Source: an uncultured archaeon (GTDB lineage: Archaea > Aenigmatarchaeota > Aenigmatarchaeia > CG10238-14). Taken from it: 64,000 nt of DNA. The stretch covers positions 3,728 through 67,727 of the forward strand of contig CAYMPD010000004.1 of assembly GCA_964392445.1 (NCBI GenBank), written 5' to 3'. Below are positions 10,521 through 19,971 of the stretch, piece after piece. A program made the position numbers and the translations under genes. How positions within the stretch are numbered: the first letter of the stretch is position 1; the number at the start of each line of letters is the position of its first letter. The notes under the pieces are model-generated. The model searched no databases. It saw only the letters and a list, made by a program, of their open reading frames with translations, and was not told the origin of the DNA.

Positions 10521-11687
10521 ATAGTTTCACATGTTGTGGACATAAAACAATTCGATAGAGATACTTTTGAATTAGTGTTTGATGAAACTGATAGGATTTT
10601 TTCTGAACCTAAGACAACTCAAATCGACCCTTCTAGATGGACTGCTTTGTTATTTTTTGAACCTTCAACAAGAACTGCAGGTAGTTTTGAGTTGGCTTCT
10701 ATCAGAAATGGTCTTTATCCCATGCATTCTGCCGATCCCGAAAGATCTTCTGTGAAGAAAGGAGAATCTCTTCATGACACCTTAACTATGATGGTGATGT
10801 ATGAGCCTCAAATGGTTATAATGAGGCATCCCCAAGCTGGTTCGGCGAGATTTGGTTCAGAGATTCTTGACAGATATGGGATACCTCTTATAAATGGTGG
10901 AGATGATGGTCATCAACATCCTACTCAAACTTTATTAGATATGTACACAATTCGAAAAGCTTATGGTGGTATAGATGGGTTAAATATAGCTTTAATGGGA
11001 GATCACAAGCATGGTAGAACTGTAACTTCTTTAGTTGAAGGTTTGGTTAATTATGATGTAGCTATCTCTTTTATTGCCCCTGATGTTTTACAAATGACTC
11101 ACAGACCTGAAGTTTTAAGATATTTAAAAGAAAAAGGAGTTGATTTCAATCTTCTTGATAAACCAGATTTAGCATTACCTTATCTTGATGTTTTATATGT
11201 TACTAGGGTTCAGAAAGAAAGATTTGATGATCCTGGAGAATATAAAACTGTCGCAGATAGTTATGTGATTGGTCAGGGAGTTCTGAAAAAATTACGAGAA
11301 AATGTCGGAAATGTCTCAATAATGCACCCTTTACCTAGAATAAGAGAGATAAGACCCGAAGTTGATGATACCACTCATAACTTATATTTCCAGCAGGCAG
11401 CAAATGGGCTTCCAGTAAGGACAGCATTGATGCATCTTCTATTGAATGGGGAATTAGAACTCGAGCCATATTTAGCTGGTGGAAATGAGGTAACTGGATG
11501 TGGGTGTTTGAATCCAAGATGCATTACATATGTAAATCCTGAGGATCCTAGTTCAAATGATAGTTCAGATGAGAGATTGAGGGGATTTGTTGAGCCTAGA
11601 TTCCGAGTAGGACCTAATGGATTAATACACTGCGAATATTGTGATAATATTCAAACAGAATCTGGAGAACCTTATAGATGGAGTTAG
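10521..11687 (+). CDS. pyrB: Aspartate carbamoyltransferase catalytic chain fused to a PyrI-like zinc domain
   Basis: FFEPSTRT, KKGESL, HPTQ, RVQKER, MHPLPR; C-terminal CLNPRC...CEYC. Start placed at ATA 10521 (or GTG 10512); ORF track start 10443 is probably too far upstream. Confidence 0.92.
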   Translation: MVSHVVDIKQFDRDTFELVFDETDRIFSEPKTTQIDPSRWTALLFFEPSTRTAGSFELASIRNGLYPMHSADPERSSVKKGESLHDTLTMMVMYEPQMVIMRHPQAGSARFGSEILDRYGIPLINGGDDGHQHPTQTLLDMYTIRKAYGGIDGLNIALMGDHKHGRTVTSLVEGLVNYDVAISFIAPDVLQMTHRPEVLRYLKEKGVDFNLLDKPDLALPYLDVLYVTRVQKERFDDPGEYKTVADSYVIGQGVLKKLRENVGNVSIMHPLPRIREIRPEVDDTTHNLYFQQAANGLPVRTALMHLLLNGELELEPYLAGGNEVTGCGCLNPRCITYVNPEDPSSNDSSDERLRGFVEPRFRVGPNGLIHCEYCDNIQTESGEPYRWS

Positions 11688-11693
11688 TAATTT

Positions 11694-12767
11694 ATGAATT
11701 ATAATATGGATTATAAACCGTCAGTAGATTTAAGCACGGAAATAGAGACAGATCATGGAACACTTAATTTAGATTTTCCTGTTACTAGTGTTGCAGGTAT
11801 TCTTAATCAACCAGGTATTATAAAAAGAACTAGATATTTTGGTGCATTTATCAGTAAGTCGATTGGACCAAGACCAAGAAAAGGTTATGATGGACCTACA
11901 ATTGCATATGGACCTCTTAGGGTCAGGGAAAAGTCCGTGGGCGGAATTGTATTTCCACTTTCTGAGGGAGAACCATATTTACCTGAAGGTTCCATAGTAA
12001 ATGCAGTCGGTCTCAAGAACCCAGGTTATGTGGATTTTGCGAAAGAAATGAAAGACTGGGGTTGGTATCCATTCACAGTTGAAAGAAGAACATTACCTTT
12101 TTTAATATCAGTTTTTGCTAATGAACCTCGAGTACTAGCTAGAATGGTACGTTATTTATCCGATATTTGTGATGGATTCGAATTGAACTACAGTTGTCCA
12201 AATTCATTCAGAGATGAGGAAGGTGAAGAAAAAATTGGTCAATCAATTGGAAAATCTCATGAACTTGTGGCAGAATTTACATCAGCTTGCAGAGAAGCAA
12301 CCGATAGAATATTAATAGCAAAATTGACCCCAAATGTCGATTTAGACTCAATACCCAGAATAGCTGAATCGGTAGTAGAAGCTGGTGCAGATGCTATTTC
12401 AGCTATAAATACTGTATCCACAGTTACTCCCTTATATGACAATGACACTCCTATTCTGACCCGAGAACAAGGTGGGCTCTCTGGTCCTTTGATTTATCCT
12501 TTGGCATTACAGATAGTAAGTTTGATTTCCGATAGCGTGGATGTTCCAATAATAGGAGAGGGGGGGATCAATAGCCCTGAAAGAGTTTTAGGGATGATAG
12601 AAGCAGGTGCTTCTGCAGTTGGTATAGGATCTTATCTTGCTGATAGGAATATGACTACAGAAGAAAGAACAGAACGTTTAATTAATTTATATCGAGGTTT
12701 AGAGAGGTCTCTACATGAAAGAGGATTTAATACTTTGAGTGAGTATATGGAGGAATATAAAAGATGA
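11694..12767 (+). CDS. pyrD: Dihydroorotate dehydrogenase catalytic subunit (class 1B)
   Basis: NAVGLKNPG, ELNYSCPN, AKLTPN, AINT, GGLSG motifs; followed by pyrK. Confidence 0.9.
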   Translation: MNYNMDYKPSVDLSTEIETDHGTLNLDFPVTSVAGILNQPGIIKRTRYFGAFISKSIGPRPRKGYDGPTIAYGPLRVREKSVGGIVFPLSEGEPYLPEGSIVNAVGLKNPGYVDFAKEMKDWGWYPFTVERRTLPFLISVFANEPRVLARMVRYLSDICDGFELNYSCPNSFRDEEGEEKIGQSIGKSHELVAEFTSACREATDRILIAKLTPNVDLDSIPRIAESVVEAGADAISAINTVSTVTPLYDNDTPILTREQGGLSGPLIYPLALQIVSLISDSVDVPIIGEGGINSPERVLGMIEAGASAVGIGSYLADRNMTTEERTERLINLYRGLERSLHERGFNTLSEYMEEYKR

Positions 12768-13618
12768 GATTTCAGAGCGGAGGATTCCAAGAATATAGGA
12801 TTAACTCACTTATAGATAGAGGTGAAGATACCGCTATTCTAACCTTAGATGGGAGAATGGAAGGGAGACCTGGTCAATTTGTCTTGATTACCAGAGAAGA
12901 TATTAGTGGAGAAAAACCGTTTTCAGTTGCTAAGTATGATCCCCTCACATTTGCAATAAAATCAGTCGGTCCTTTCACAGATGCTATGCGTCGTTCTAAT
13001 ATTGGAGATAGAGTTATGATAAGAGGTCCTTATGGTAATGGATTCCCGATTGAAGATTTCAAGGAGAATGTTTGGCTTGTAGGTGGTGGTGTTGGTGTGG
13101 CGCCCTTATTGTCATTGGCTCATGCTTTGAGAGAGGGAAGGGGAGATAATCTTGAAATTGAGAGTTATCTTGGATTCAGGAAAGCAGAACAAGCATTATT
13201 TTTAAGAGAATTCTCTAGTATGGGGCCCACGTATGTTTCAACTGATGATGATTCATATAGGGATATTGAAGACGTGGATTGGATAAAGGGGTGGGTAATT
13301 AATCATTTTATTGGGAAGCTACCGGATTCACCCGAGGAATATCCTTTATCAATAGCACTTTGTGGTAACGAGCGTTTAATGGAGCAGGTTTTAACAATTC
13401 TAGTTGATCACGCTTACTCAAAAGATATTTTTGCTTCAGTTGAAAGGATGATGTGTTGTGGTTGTGGTACTTGCGGTAATTGTGAAATTGATGGATTTAC
13501 TTCTTGTGGGGATGGACCAGTTTTCTCTTTTGAGAAATTATACGGATTAATAGATTTTGGTAGATATCATCGGGATGAGTATTCAAGAAAAGTCCCGAAT
13601 AACGGTTATGAAAGATGA
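12764..13618 (+). CDS. pyrK: Dihydroorotate dehydrogenase electron transfer subunit
   Basis: PGQF, KPFS, RGPYGNGF, GGGVG, MCCGCGTCGNC...SCGDGPVF [2Fe-2S] motif. Confidence 0.9.
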   Translation: MRFQSGGFQEYRINSLIDRGEDTAILTLDGRMEGRPGQFVLITREDISGEKPFSVAKYDPLTFAIKSVGPFTDAMRRSNIGDRVMIRGPYGNGFPIEDFKENVWLVGGGVGVAPLLSLAHALREGRGDNLEIESYLGFRKAEQALFLREFSSMGPTYVSTDDDSYRDIEDVDWIKGWVINHFIGKLPDSPEEYPLSIALCGNERLMEQVLTILVDHAYSKDIFASVERMMCCGCGTCGNCEIDGFTSCGDGPVFSFEKLYGLIDFGRYHRDEYSRKVPNNGYER

Positions 13619-14907
13619 TAGGTTTTATTAATTCACAGATTTATCAAAACGGAATTTTTCAACCATTGAATATTTACACAGAAGATGGAGTGATAGTTGA
13701 AGTTACAACAGAATCCAGGGACTGTGATCAAGTTTATGATTTATCAGGTATGATGATTCTTCCTGGGTTGGTTGATACACATGTTCATTTCCGCGGGGGA
13801 AATCAAAGTTACAAAGAAACATTTTACACTGGTTCAAGGGTTGCTAGAAAAGGAGGTGTAACTTATGTAGGTGATATGCCGAATAATGATCAGCCAATTA
13901 TTACACTGGAAAGATTAAGAAAGAAAGAAGATGTTGCTTTAAGAGACTCTGTTGTAAATTTTGGGTTATATGCTGCAGTTACTCCAGAGAGTTTACCTTA
14001 TCTTGCTGAATTAGCTCCATATGTTTTGGCATTCAAACTTTTTATGGGAGAATCTACTGGTGGGATAAATTATCTTTATGATGAACTTGAAGAAGCGTTT
14101 GAGAGAGTTGCAAGAACTGAGAAATTATTGTGTGTGCATGCTGAGGACCAGAATATATTGGATGAGGCTAAAAGAGAGTACCAAGACGATTTAAGACCTG
14201 TAGCACATATTTTGGCTCGACCACCAGAAGCAGAAATTGAGGCGATAGGATACGCATTAAAACTAGCTAAAGATTATGAATTACCATTACACTTTTGTCA
14301 TGTTTCAACAAAAGGAGGGGTTGAATTAATAAGAGAAGCAAAAGATTATGGATTGAATGTCACGGCTGAAACCTGTCCTCATTATCTATTTATGACATTA
14401 GAGGATCTTTTAAGATTAGGGCCATATGCAAAAATGAATCCACCACTGAGATCTTACGAAGACCAAGAAGCATTATGGGAAGCGATAGAGGATGGAACAT
14501 TAATTTCAATTACTAGTGATCATGCCCCACATACGAAAGAAGAAAAGAATAGAGGTCTAGATAATATTTGGGGTGCACCATCTGGTATACCAGGTGTTGA
14601 GACTACATTACCACTTATGTTGAATGCTGTTTATGAGGGGAGGCTAACTTTATCACAACTTGTTGAACTTATGCATGATAATCCTGTCGTAAGATTTAGT
14701 CTTGGTAGGTATGGTTATATAGAAGAAGGTAATGATGCTAATTTGACTGTTATTGATCCAACTAGAGAGTGGATGATAGAAAATGATAAATTGTTAACTA
14801 AGTGTGGATGGAGTCCTTATCATGGATGGAGTGGTGTTGGTAGTCCTGTTGGTGTTGTTGTTAATGGTAGAGTAAATGGTTTGGGAGGTTACTTGGTTAG
14901 GATATGA
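13615..14907 (+). CDS. pyrC: Dihydroorotase
   Basis: DTHVH, DMPN, FKLFMG, VHAE, HFCH, SDHAPH, GIPGVET. Confidence 0.92.
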   Translation: MIGFINSQIYQNGIFQPLNIYTEDGVIVEVTTESRDCDQVYDLSGMMILPGLVDTHVHFRGGNQSYKETFYTGSRVARKGGVTYVGDMPNNDQPIITLERLRKKEDVALRDSVVNFGLYAAVTPESLPYLAELAPYVLAFKLFMGESTGGINYLYDELEEAFERVARTEKLLCVHAEDQNILDEAKREYQDDLRPVAHILARPPEAEIEAIGYALKLAKDYELPLHFCHVSTKGGVELIREAKDYGLNVTAETCPHYLFMTLEDLLRLGPYAKMNPPLRSYEDQEALWEAIEDGTLISITSDHAPHTKEEKNRGLDNIWGAPSGIPGVETTLPLMLNAVYEGRLTLSQLVELMHDNPVVRFSLGRYGYIEEGNDANLTVIDPTREWMIENDKLLTKCGWSPYHGWSGVGSPVGVVVNGRVNGLGGYLVRI

Positions 14908-14914
14908 TTCTAAA

Positions 14915-15577
14915 TTATAATAGATTCATTTCAACTGTTCCGTATTTATCAAAATAATCCTCTATTTTCCTTGCTATTTCTTTTCCAGGTCGGAGTTTTT
15001 CATATGCTCTTGGTAGAACCGTAGTTGCATCTGTTAATGCGTGATAGGGAGTCCCCTTTTCTTGTAACACATCTTCAACTCCCCTTGGATCTTCATCAGC
15101 CACTCTTTCCAATCTATTAACTAAGGCTATTGCTGATGCCACATAAAGTCCAGAGCTTTTCAATTGTTCTATAAATTCAATCAATGATCCTCCAGTCGTT
15201 GTAACATCTTCAAGAACACATACCCTATCTCCTTCCTCAGCTGGTCCAACGAAGAGTCTATCCCTAGATGCTCCGTGGAATTTAATTCCTTTCCTCCCCA
15301 TCACTAGTTTACCCCCAAGTTTATATGATAGGAATAATCCTAGTTTTGTTGCTCCATCAGGGACTCCTATGACATAATCATATTCTATTCCTTCCTCTCT
15401 TAAGAAATCTTCTACATAACCCACCGTAGTATCTGTCAATGAAACTGTATTGGTAAGTCCTCTCATGTTTGCGTACCAGTCAGATTCTCTCCCGGATTTT
15501 AGTATTAGGGGTGATTCAAAGAATCCTATACATCTTTGATATATTATGAAATCTTCGTATCCTGGTCTATCAAACAT
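14915..15577 (-). CDS. pyrE: Orotate phosphoribosyltransferase
   Basis: LKSGRES, RKGIKFHG, VLEDVTTTGGS. Confidence 0.88.
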   Translation of the reverse strand: MFDRPGYEDFIIYQRCIGFFESPLILKSGRESDWYANMRGLTNTVSLTDTTVGYVEDFLREEGIEYDYVIGVPDGATKLGLFLSYKLGGKLVMGRKGIKFHGASRDRLFVGPAEEGDRVCVLEDVTTTGGSLIEFIEQLKSSGLYVASAIALVNRLERVADEDPRGVEDVLQEKGTPYHALTDATTVLPRAYEKLRPGKEIARKIEDYFDKYGTVEMNLL

Positions 15578-15582
15578 TCAGA

Positions 15583-16371
15583 TCACATAAATCTCCCTAC
15601 TCTTTCTCCATATCTTTGGGCTGCTTCTTTTGGATTATCAGCTCTATGTATACCAGAACCTATTATTCCGTAATGTCCCACAGCCCCAGCATCTTGCGCA
15701 GTTTGAATAGCATTTTCTATATCTCCACCTTGTCTACCTATTCCAGGCATTAAAACGTTAGGTTTGACATCATATTCCCGTAAGGTTAATAACATACTTG
15801 TCAATTCCTCTGGTTTGTTTCCAGGTCCTATGAAGTGATGTACACCTGTTAATGCATATAGCTTCAATGCCCTCTGTTCAGCGTCACTGGCTATATAACC
15901 TCGGAAAATTTCATCACCCAATTCAGGGAACATATCTTTCAAGGTCACTTCTTCGGTCTCATCAAATCCTCTTTGTGTTAACCTGAAACCTCCTACAGGT
16001 GTAATCCCGTTTTTATAACATGATCTCACACATGCCGCTTGTACTCTAGGACTAGCAAAAGGGAATAAAATTAAGGACTGTACACCAGATCTTCCGTAAG
16101 CTCTTATAAAATCGGGTTCAGTGAATTCTACATCGTTTCCTTCTTTCTGAACATCCCATATCACGGGTTTGTCAGTATGTTGTCTAACAGCTCTAATACC
16201 ATCAACAACAGAACCACTTATCTCATGCATTCTTCCAAGTTTATATCCTACTATACCATCAACATTATGTGTATCTTCAACGAGTTGACCTAATCTTTCT
16301 GAGGGAACATCACATGCAACAATTATACCACTACTAGTTGAGAAAATTTCACTTTCACTCATTAAAATCAC
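15583..16371 (-). CDS. pyrF: OMP decarboxylase, divergent
   Basis: IVACD, GYKLG, DVQKEGND, PGIGRQGG, IIGSGI; operon with pyrE. Confidence 0.78.
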   Translation of the reverse strand: MILMSESEIFSTSSGIIVACDVPSERLGQLVEDTHNVDGIVGYKLGRMHEISGSVVDGIRAVRQHTDKPVIWDVQKEGNDVEFTEPDFIRAYGRSGVQSLILFPFASPRVQAACVRSCYKNGITPVGGFRLTQRGFDETEEVTLKDMFPELGDEIFRGYIASDAEQRALKLYALTGVHHFIGPGNKPEELTSMLLTLREYDVKPNVLMPGIGRQGGDIENAIQTAQDAGAVGHYGIIGSGIHRADNPKEAAQRYGERVGRFM

Positions 16372-16499
16372 CTAACTAGTTTTCAATTCCCAGACTATTA
16401 TTACTTACTTAAACGCTAATAGAAAAATCTCTAATCACTTATCTGTTACAAAATAACTCTCCCCAAAACTTTTATCATTTCATTCACAATTAATTATGT

Positions 16500-17024
16500 A
16501 TGCACGAACTAATCAAAAAACGAAGAAGTATAAGAAAATTCTCGGACAAAAAAGTAGAAGAAGAAAAACTTAAACAAATCCTTACGGCAGCAATGATAGC
16601 ACCGTCCGGTAGAAATATCCGTCCATGGGAATTTATAGTTGTAAAGGATAAAGAAAAAAGAGAAAAATTAGCGAAGTTAAGATCCAGTGGTAGGTTTATT
16701 CGAGATGCACCTGCTACAATAGTTGTTCTTGGTAAGGAAAATGAGAGTAATCTGTGGTTACAGGATTGTTCTTTGGCTGCAGGTCATATTTACCTTGAAA
16801 CGGTTAATCAGGGATTAGGGACATGTTGGGTTAATGCTGTTGGGTCACAGACAGATGATGGTAGAGGTGCGGAGAAAGCTTTTAAAGAAGTACTTGGTGT
16901 TCCGGACGATATGAGAGTATTAGGATTATTTCCCATAGGATATCCTGCTGAGGAGAAAAAGAATTATGATGAAGGCCATTATGATGAGGCTATAGTCCAT
17001 TCGGAGAATTATTCGACCAAATAA
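16500..17024 (+). CDS. Nitroreductase family protein
   Basis: RRSIRKF, APSGRNIRPW, GLGTCWV. Confidence 0.92.
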   Translation: MHELIKKRRSIRKFSDKKVEEEKLKQILTAAMIAPSGRNIRPWEFIVVKDKEKREKLAKLRSSGRFIRDAPATIVVLGKENESNLWLQDCSLAAGHIYLETVNQGLGTCWVNAVGSQTDDGRGAEKAFKEVLGVPDDMRVLGLFPIGYPAEEKKNYDEGHYDEAIVHSENYSTK

Positions 17025-17147
17025 TTCCTTATTTTATATGAAATAGAAAAAAATCTCCCACCTCAAATTATAAATACTAGTTTAACTATTATGCAGTAAC
17101 AAGGTGAAAACAATGCGAGGCGAAAATGTTCACATCAGGTGAATTAG

Positions 17148-17375
17148 TTCACTCGTAAGAATAGTTCTGAAGAAATTTTTGCTTCTAAGATTGCTTCTAA
17201 GGGTAGAATAACTATACCGATTAGTCTTAGGGCTAAACTTGGTTGGTTAGAGGGTAAAGAAGTTAAAATTAGAGTTTCTGGGGATAGTTTAATTCTTTCT
17301 GTTAATGGTCAGAATGGTGTAAAGGTTAGCATAGATGATTGTGGCTCATCTGGACCTGGTTCAATTCCAGATTGA
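17148..17375 (+). pseudogene. AbrB/SpoVT-like DNA-binding reading frame with no canonical start; its 3' end reads through tRNA-His
   Basis: Manual translation ...SKIASKGRITIPISLRAKLGWLEGKEVKIRVSGDSLILSVNGQNGVKVSIDDCGSSGPGSIPD*; in-frame TAG at 17145. Confidence 0.55.
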
Positions 17376-17377
17376 CC
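17307..17377 (+). tRNA. tRNA-His(GTG) with an atypical acceptor/T-stem junction
   Basis: D arm GTGT/GCAT, anticodon arm GATGA-TTGTGGC-TCATC, T arm CTGG-TTCAATT-CCAG; 3' acceptor strand 2 nt short. Confidence 0.7.
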
Positions 17378-17402
17378 TTGGTAAAAATAGAGGTGAATAA
17401 AA

Positions 17403-18134
17403 ATGAAAAAAATAGGAATAATAGGTGGTATGGGACCTGAGGGAACTGCGGATTTGTACATGAAAATAGTAAGATATTACCAGGATAATTTTGGAGCAAA
17501 GTACGATAAAGATTTCCCACCGATGATGATCTACAGTGTCCCAATACCTGATCTAGTTGAAAATCTGGAAAATGAAAAAATAACTTTGGATATGTTATCT
17601 GAGGCAGTGAAGACATTGGAAAATGTTGGTTGCGATTTCCTAGTAATAGCGTGCAACACAGTCCAGTTTCTATTAGATGATCTTAGAGAATCAGTTAAAA
17701 TACCAATCCTGGGAATAGCCGAAATAAGTGCTAGGTTTGTGTCAAACAAAAGTTATAAAAAAGTGGGAATATTAGGAACAGAGGCAACTATATCTCAGAA
17801 AAAAGTTTATGAAAAAGATTTTCAGGAAATTGGGGTTGAATTAATTAAACCAATGAAAGATGACCAAGAAGAATTAACTAGAATAATAATGAACCAACTT
17901 GCAGGTGAAACAACAAAAAAGGAAAAAGATAACTTGAAGACGATAATTGAAAACTTGGAAACCCGTGGAACAGAAGCTGTTTTAATAGCATGTACAGACT
18001 TACCACCAATAATAAATCAGGAAGACTTTGATATCCCGATAATCGATTGCACACAAGTTTATGCTGATGAGGCGGCGAGATTATCTACTTTTAAATCTAA
18101 ATTCAATAATAATGTAGGAGATAATTATGTCTAA
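17403..18134 (+). CDS. Aspartate/glutamate racemase family protein (two-Cys type)
   Basis: IGIIGGMGP, IACNT and IACTDLP motifs. Confidence 0.9.
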   Translation: MKKIGIIGGMGPEGTADLYMKIVRYYQDNFGAKYDKDFPPMMIYSVPIPDLVENLENEKITLDMLSEAVKTLENVGCDFLVIACNTVQFLLDDLRESVKIPILGIAEISARFVSNKSYKKVGILGTEATISQKKVYEKDFQEIGVELIKPMKDDQEELTRIIMNQLAGETTKKEKDNLKTIIENLETRGTEAVLIACTDLPPIINQEDFDIPIIDCTQVYADEAARLSTFKSKFNNNVGDNYV

Positions 18135-19428
18135 TAAATTCCAACCACCAAGAGGGACAAGAGATTTTCTCCCAGAAGAAATGATACTTAGGGAAAAAGT
18201 GTTTGATACTGTGAAAAAGGTTTTTAAAAGATATGGTTATGATCCCGCTAAAACACCTGCTTTTGAAAATTTCGATCTTTTTGCAATGAAAGAATCAATC
18301 GGTGAAGGAGAACAGGATAAATTGTATGTATTCGAGGATAAATCTGAGCGAAAGTTAGCGTTAAGATTCGATCAAACAGTTCCATTAGCAAGATTGGTAG
18401 CCACAAATCCTCAGTTACCAAAACCTTTCAAAAGATATGAGATATCAAGAGTTTGGAGATATGAGGATACAAGAAGAGGACGTTACCGTGAATTCTGGCA
18501 ATGCGATGTTGATATAGTCGGTTCAAGAGAAATGTCGGCAGATTCTGAAATAATTGATTGTGCGTTGACAATAATGGAAGAATTGGGTTTTGAGGATTGC
18601 TACGTTAGAATTAATAACAGAAAATTATTATCAGGGATAATCCGATTTGCAGGAGTTGAAGAAAATAAAGTAATAGAAGCATTCCGAACGATTGACAAGC
18701 TCGACAAGATTGGGATTGGTGGTGTTAAAAAAGAATTGAATGAAAGGGGAATAGAAGACCAAACCGCAGAAAAAATAATCGAAATAATAGGATTAGAAGG
18801 GGAACCGAGAGAAATATTGTCCAAAGTCAAAGATTATTTTGGTGATATCAAAGAAGGTCTGGAAGGTGTGAAAGAGCTAGAAGAATTAATTAAGAATCTT
18901 GAGATGATGGGAAAAGAAAATGTTATCTTTGACATAAGTCTCGCTCGTGGTTTGGATTATTACACTTCAACAATTTTTGAGCTTATGGGAAAAGACGAGA
19001 AAATAGGTAGTCTGGCAGGAGGAGGAAGATACGATAAAATGATCGGTGCTTTTACTGGCAACAAGAAAGAAATACCTGCAGTGGGCATAGCATTAGGAAT
19101 AGAAAGAATAATTGATCTTCTGAAAGAAAGGGGAGGTATTTCCCAAAAAACTTACACCAAGGTTTTCGTAATAAATGTTAATGATCAAGTAAGGGAAAAA
19201 TCTGTAAAAATATCCCAAGAACTCCGTCAATCAGGAATAAACACCCAGAATGATATCATGGGAAGACCGCTAAGTAAACAGCTTGACTATGCCAATTCTC
19301 TAGGAATACCTTACACAGTTATAGTCGGTCCAAAAGAAGTGGAATCAAATAGATTCAAACTCAAGAACATGAAAACAGGAGAAGAAACAGAATTAACTCT
19401 CGAAAAGATAATCGAAACTCTTTCTTAG
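18127..19428 (+). CDS. hisS: Histidyl-tRNA synthetase
   Basis: PRGTRDF, LRFDQTVP, GRYREFWQCD, ARGLDYY, GGGRYD, GIERI. Confidence 0.97.
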   Translation: MSNKFQPPRGTRDFLPEEMILREKVFDTVKKVFKRYGYDPAKTPAFENFDLFAMKESIGEGEQDKLYVFEDKSERKLALRFDQTVPLARLVATNPQLPKPFKRYEISRVWRYEDTRRGRYREFWQCDVDIVGSREMSADSEIIDCALTIMEELGFEDCYVRINNRKLLSGIIRFAGVEENKVIEAFRTIDKLDKIGIGGVKKELNERGIEDQTAEKIIEIIGLEGEPREILSKVKDYFGDIKEGLEGVKELEELIKNLEMMGKENVIFDISLARGLDYYTSTIFELMGKDEKIGSLAGGGRYDKMIGAFTGNKKEIPAVGIALGIERIIDLLKERGGISQKTYTKVFVINVNDQVREKSVKISQELRQSGINTQNDIMGRPLSKQLDYANSLGIPYTVIVGPKEVESNRFKLKNMKTGEETELTLEKIIETLS

Positions 19429-19553
19429 AGTACCATTCCACCCGAGAACATAACGGTTGATTCAAGTACTAACCCGCATTTTTGACAGATTAAACCTTCT
19501 GAGTTGTATTTGAGATTTGTTGAACCACATTCCGGGCACCTTCGGTCTTGCAT
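19425..19553 (-). CDS. TFIIB-type zinc-ribbon microprotein (42 aa)
   Basis: Manual translation MQDRRCPECGSTNLKYNSEGLICQKCGLVLESTVMFSGGMVL; not in the ORF track. Confidence 0.75.
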   Translation of the reverse strand: MQDRRCPECGSTNLKYNSEGLICQKCGLVLESTVMFSGGMVL

Positions 19554-19634
19554 AGTTACTACCTGTATGTGGTTATGAATAGATAGATATAAAAAGGTTT
19601 TTGTGGTGGGCTTTACAAGAAATGGATAGTGTTT

Positions 19635-19874
19635 TTATAGGACTTGCCTTGCTAAAAATTCCATCCTAAATCTTGATAAATTACTGAAATCGTATTGTGC
19701 ACAAGTATAACCTGCAGTTGAAGTTCTATTATTTTTAGTATCCCTCAAAGTAACTACAATTCCATGAGGACCGTATGAAATATCTAATATATTATAACTA
19801 TCTGGACCTCCAAAGGAAGCCACTTGATTTCGTACATCTCTTCTTAAATCATTTCCATTTCCCATAAAATCCAT
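19635..19874 (-). CDS. Hypothetical protein
   Basis: Non-overlapping ORF; no motif. Confidence 0.5.
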   Translation of the reverse strand: MDFMGNGNDLRRDVRNQVASFGGPDSYNILDISYGPHGIVVTLRDTKNNRTSTAGYTCAQYDFSNLSRFRMEFLARQVL

Positions 19875-19971
19875 TTAACTTTATTTTAAGTTAGATTTAA
19901 ATAATCAACAAATCCCTATTTTCCCAATTACTTATAAGTCTTCCTTTCCCTAATTAATGAACGTGATGTAA

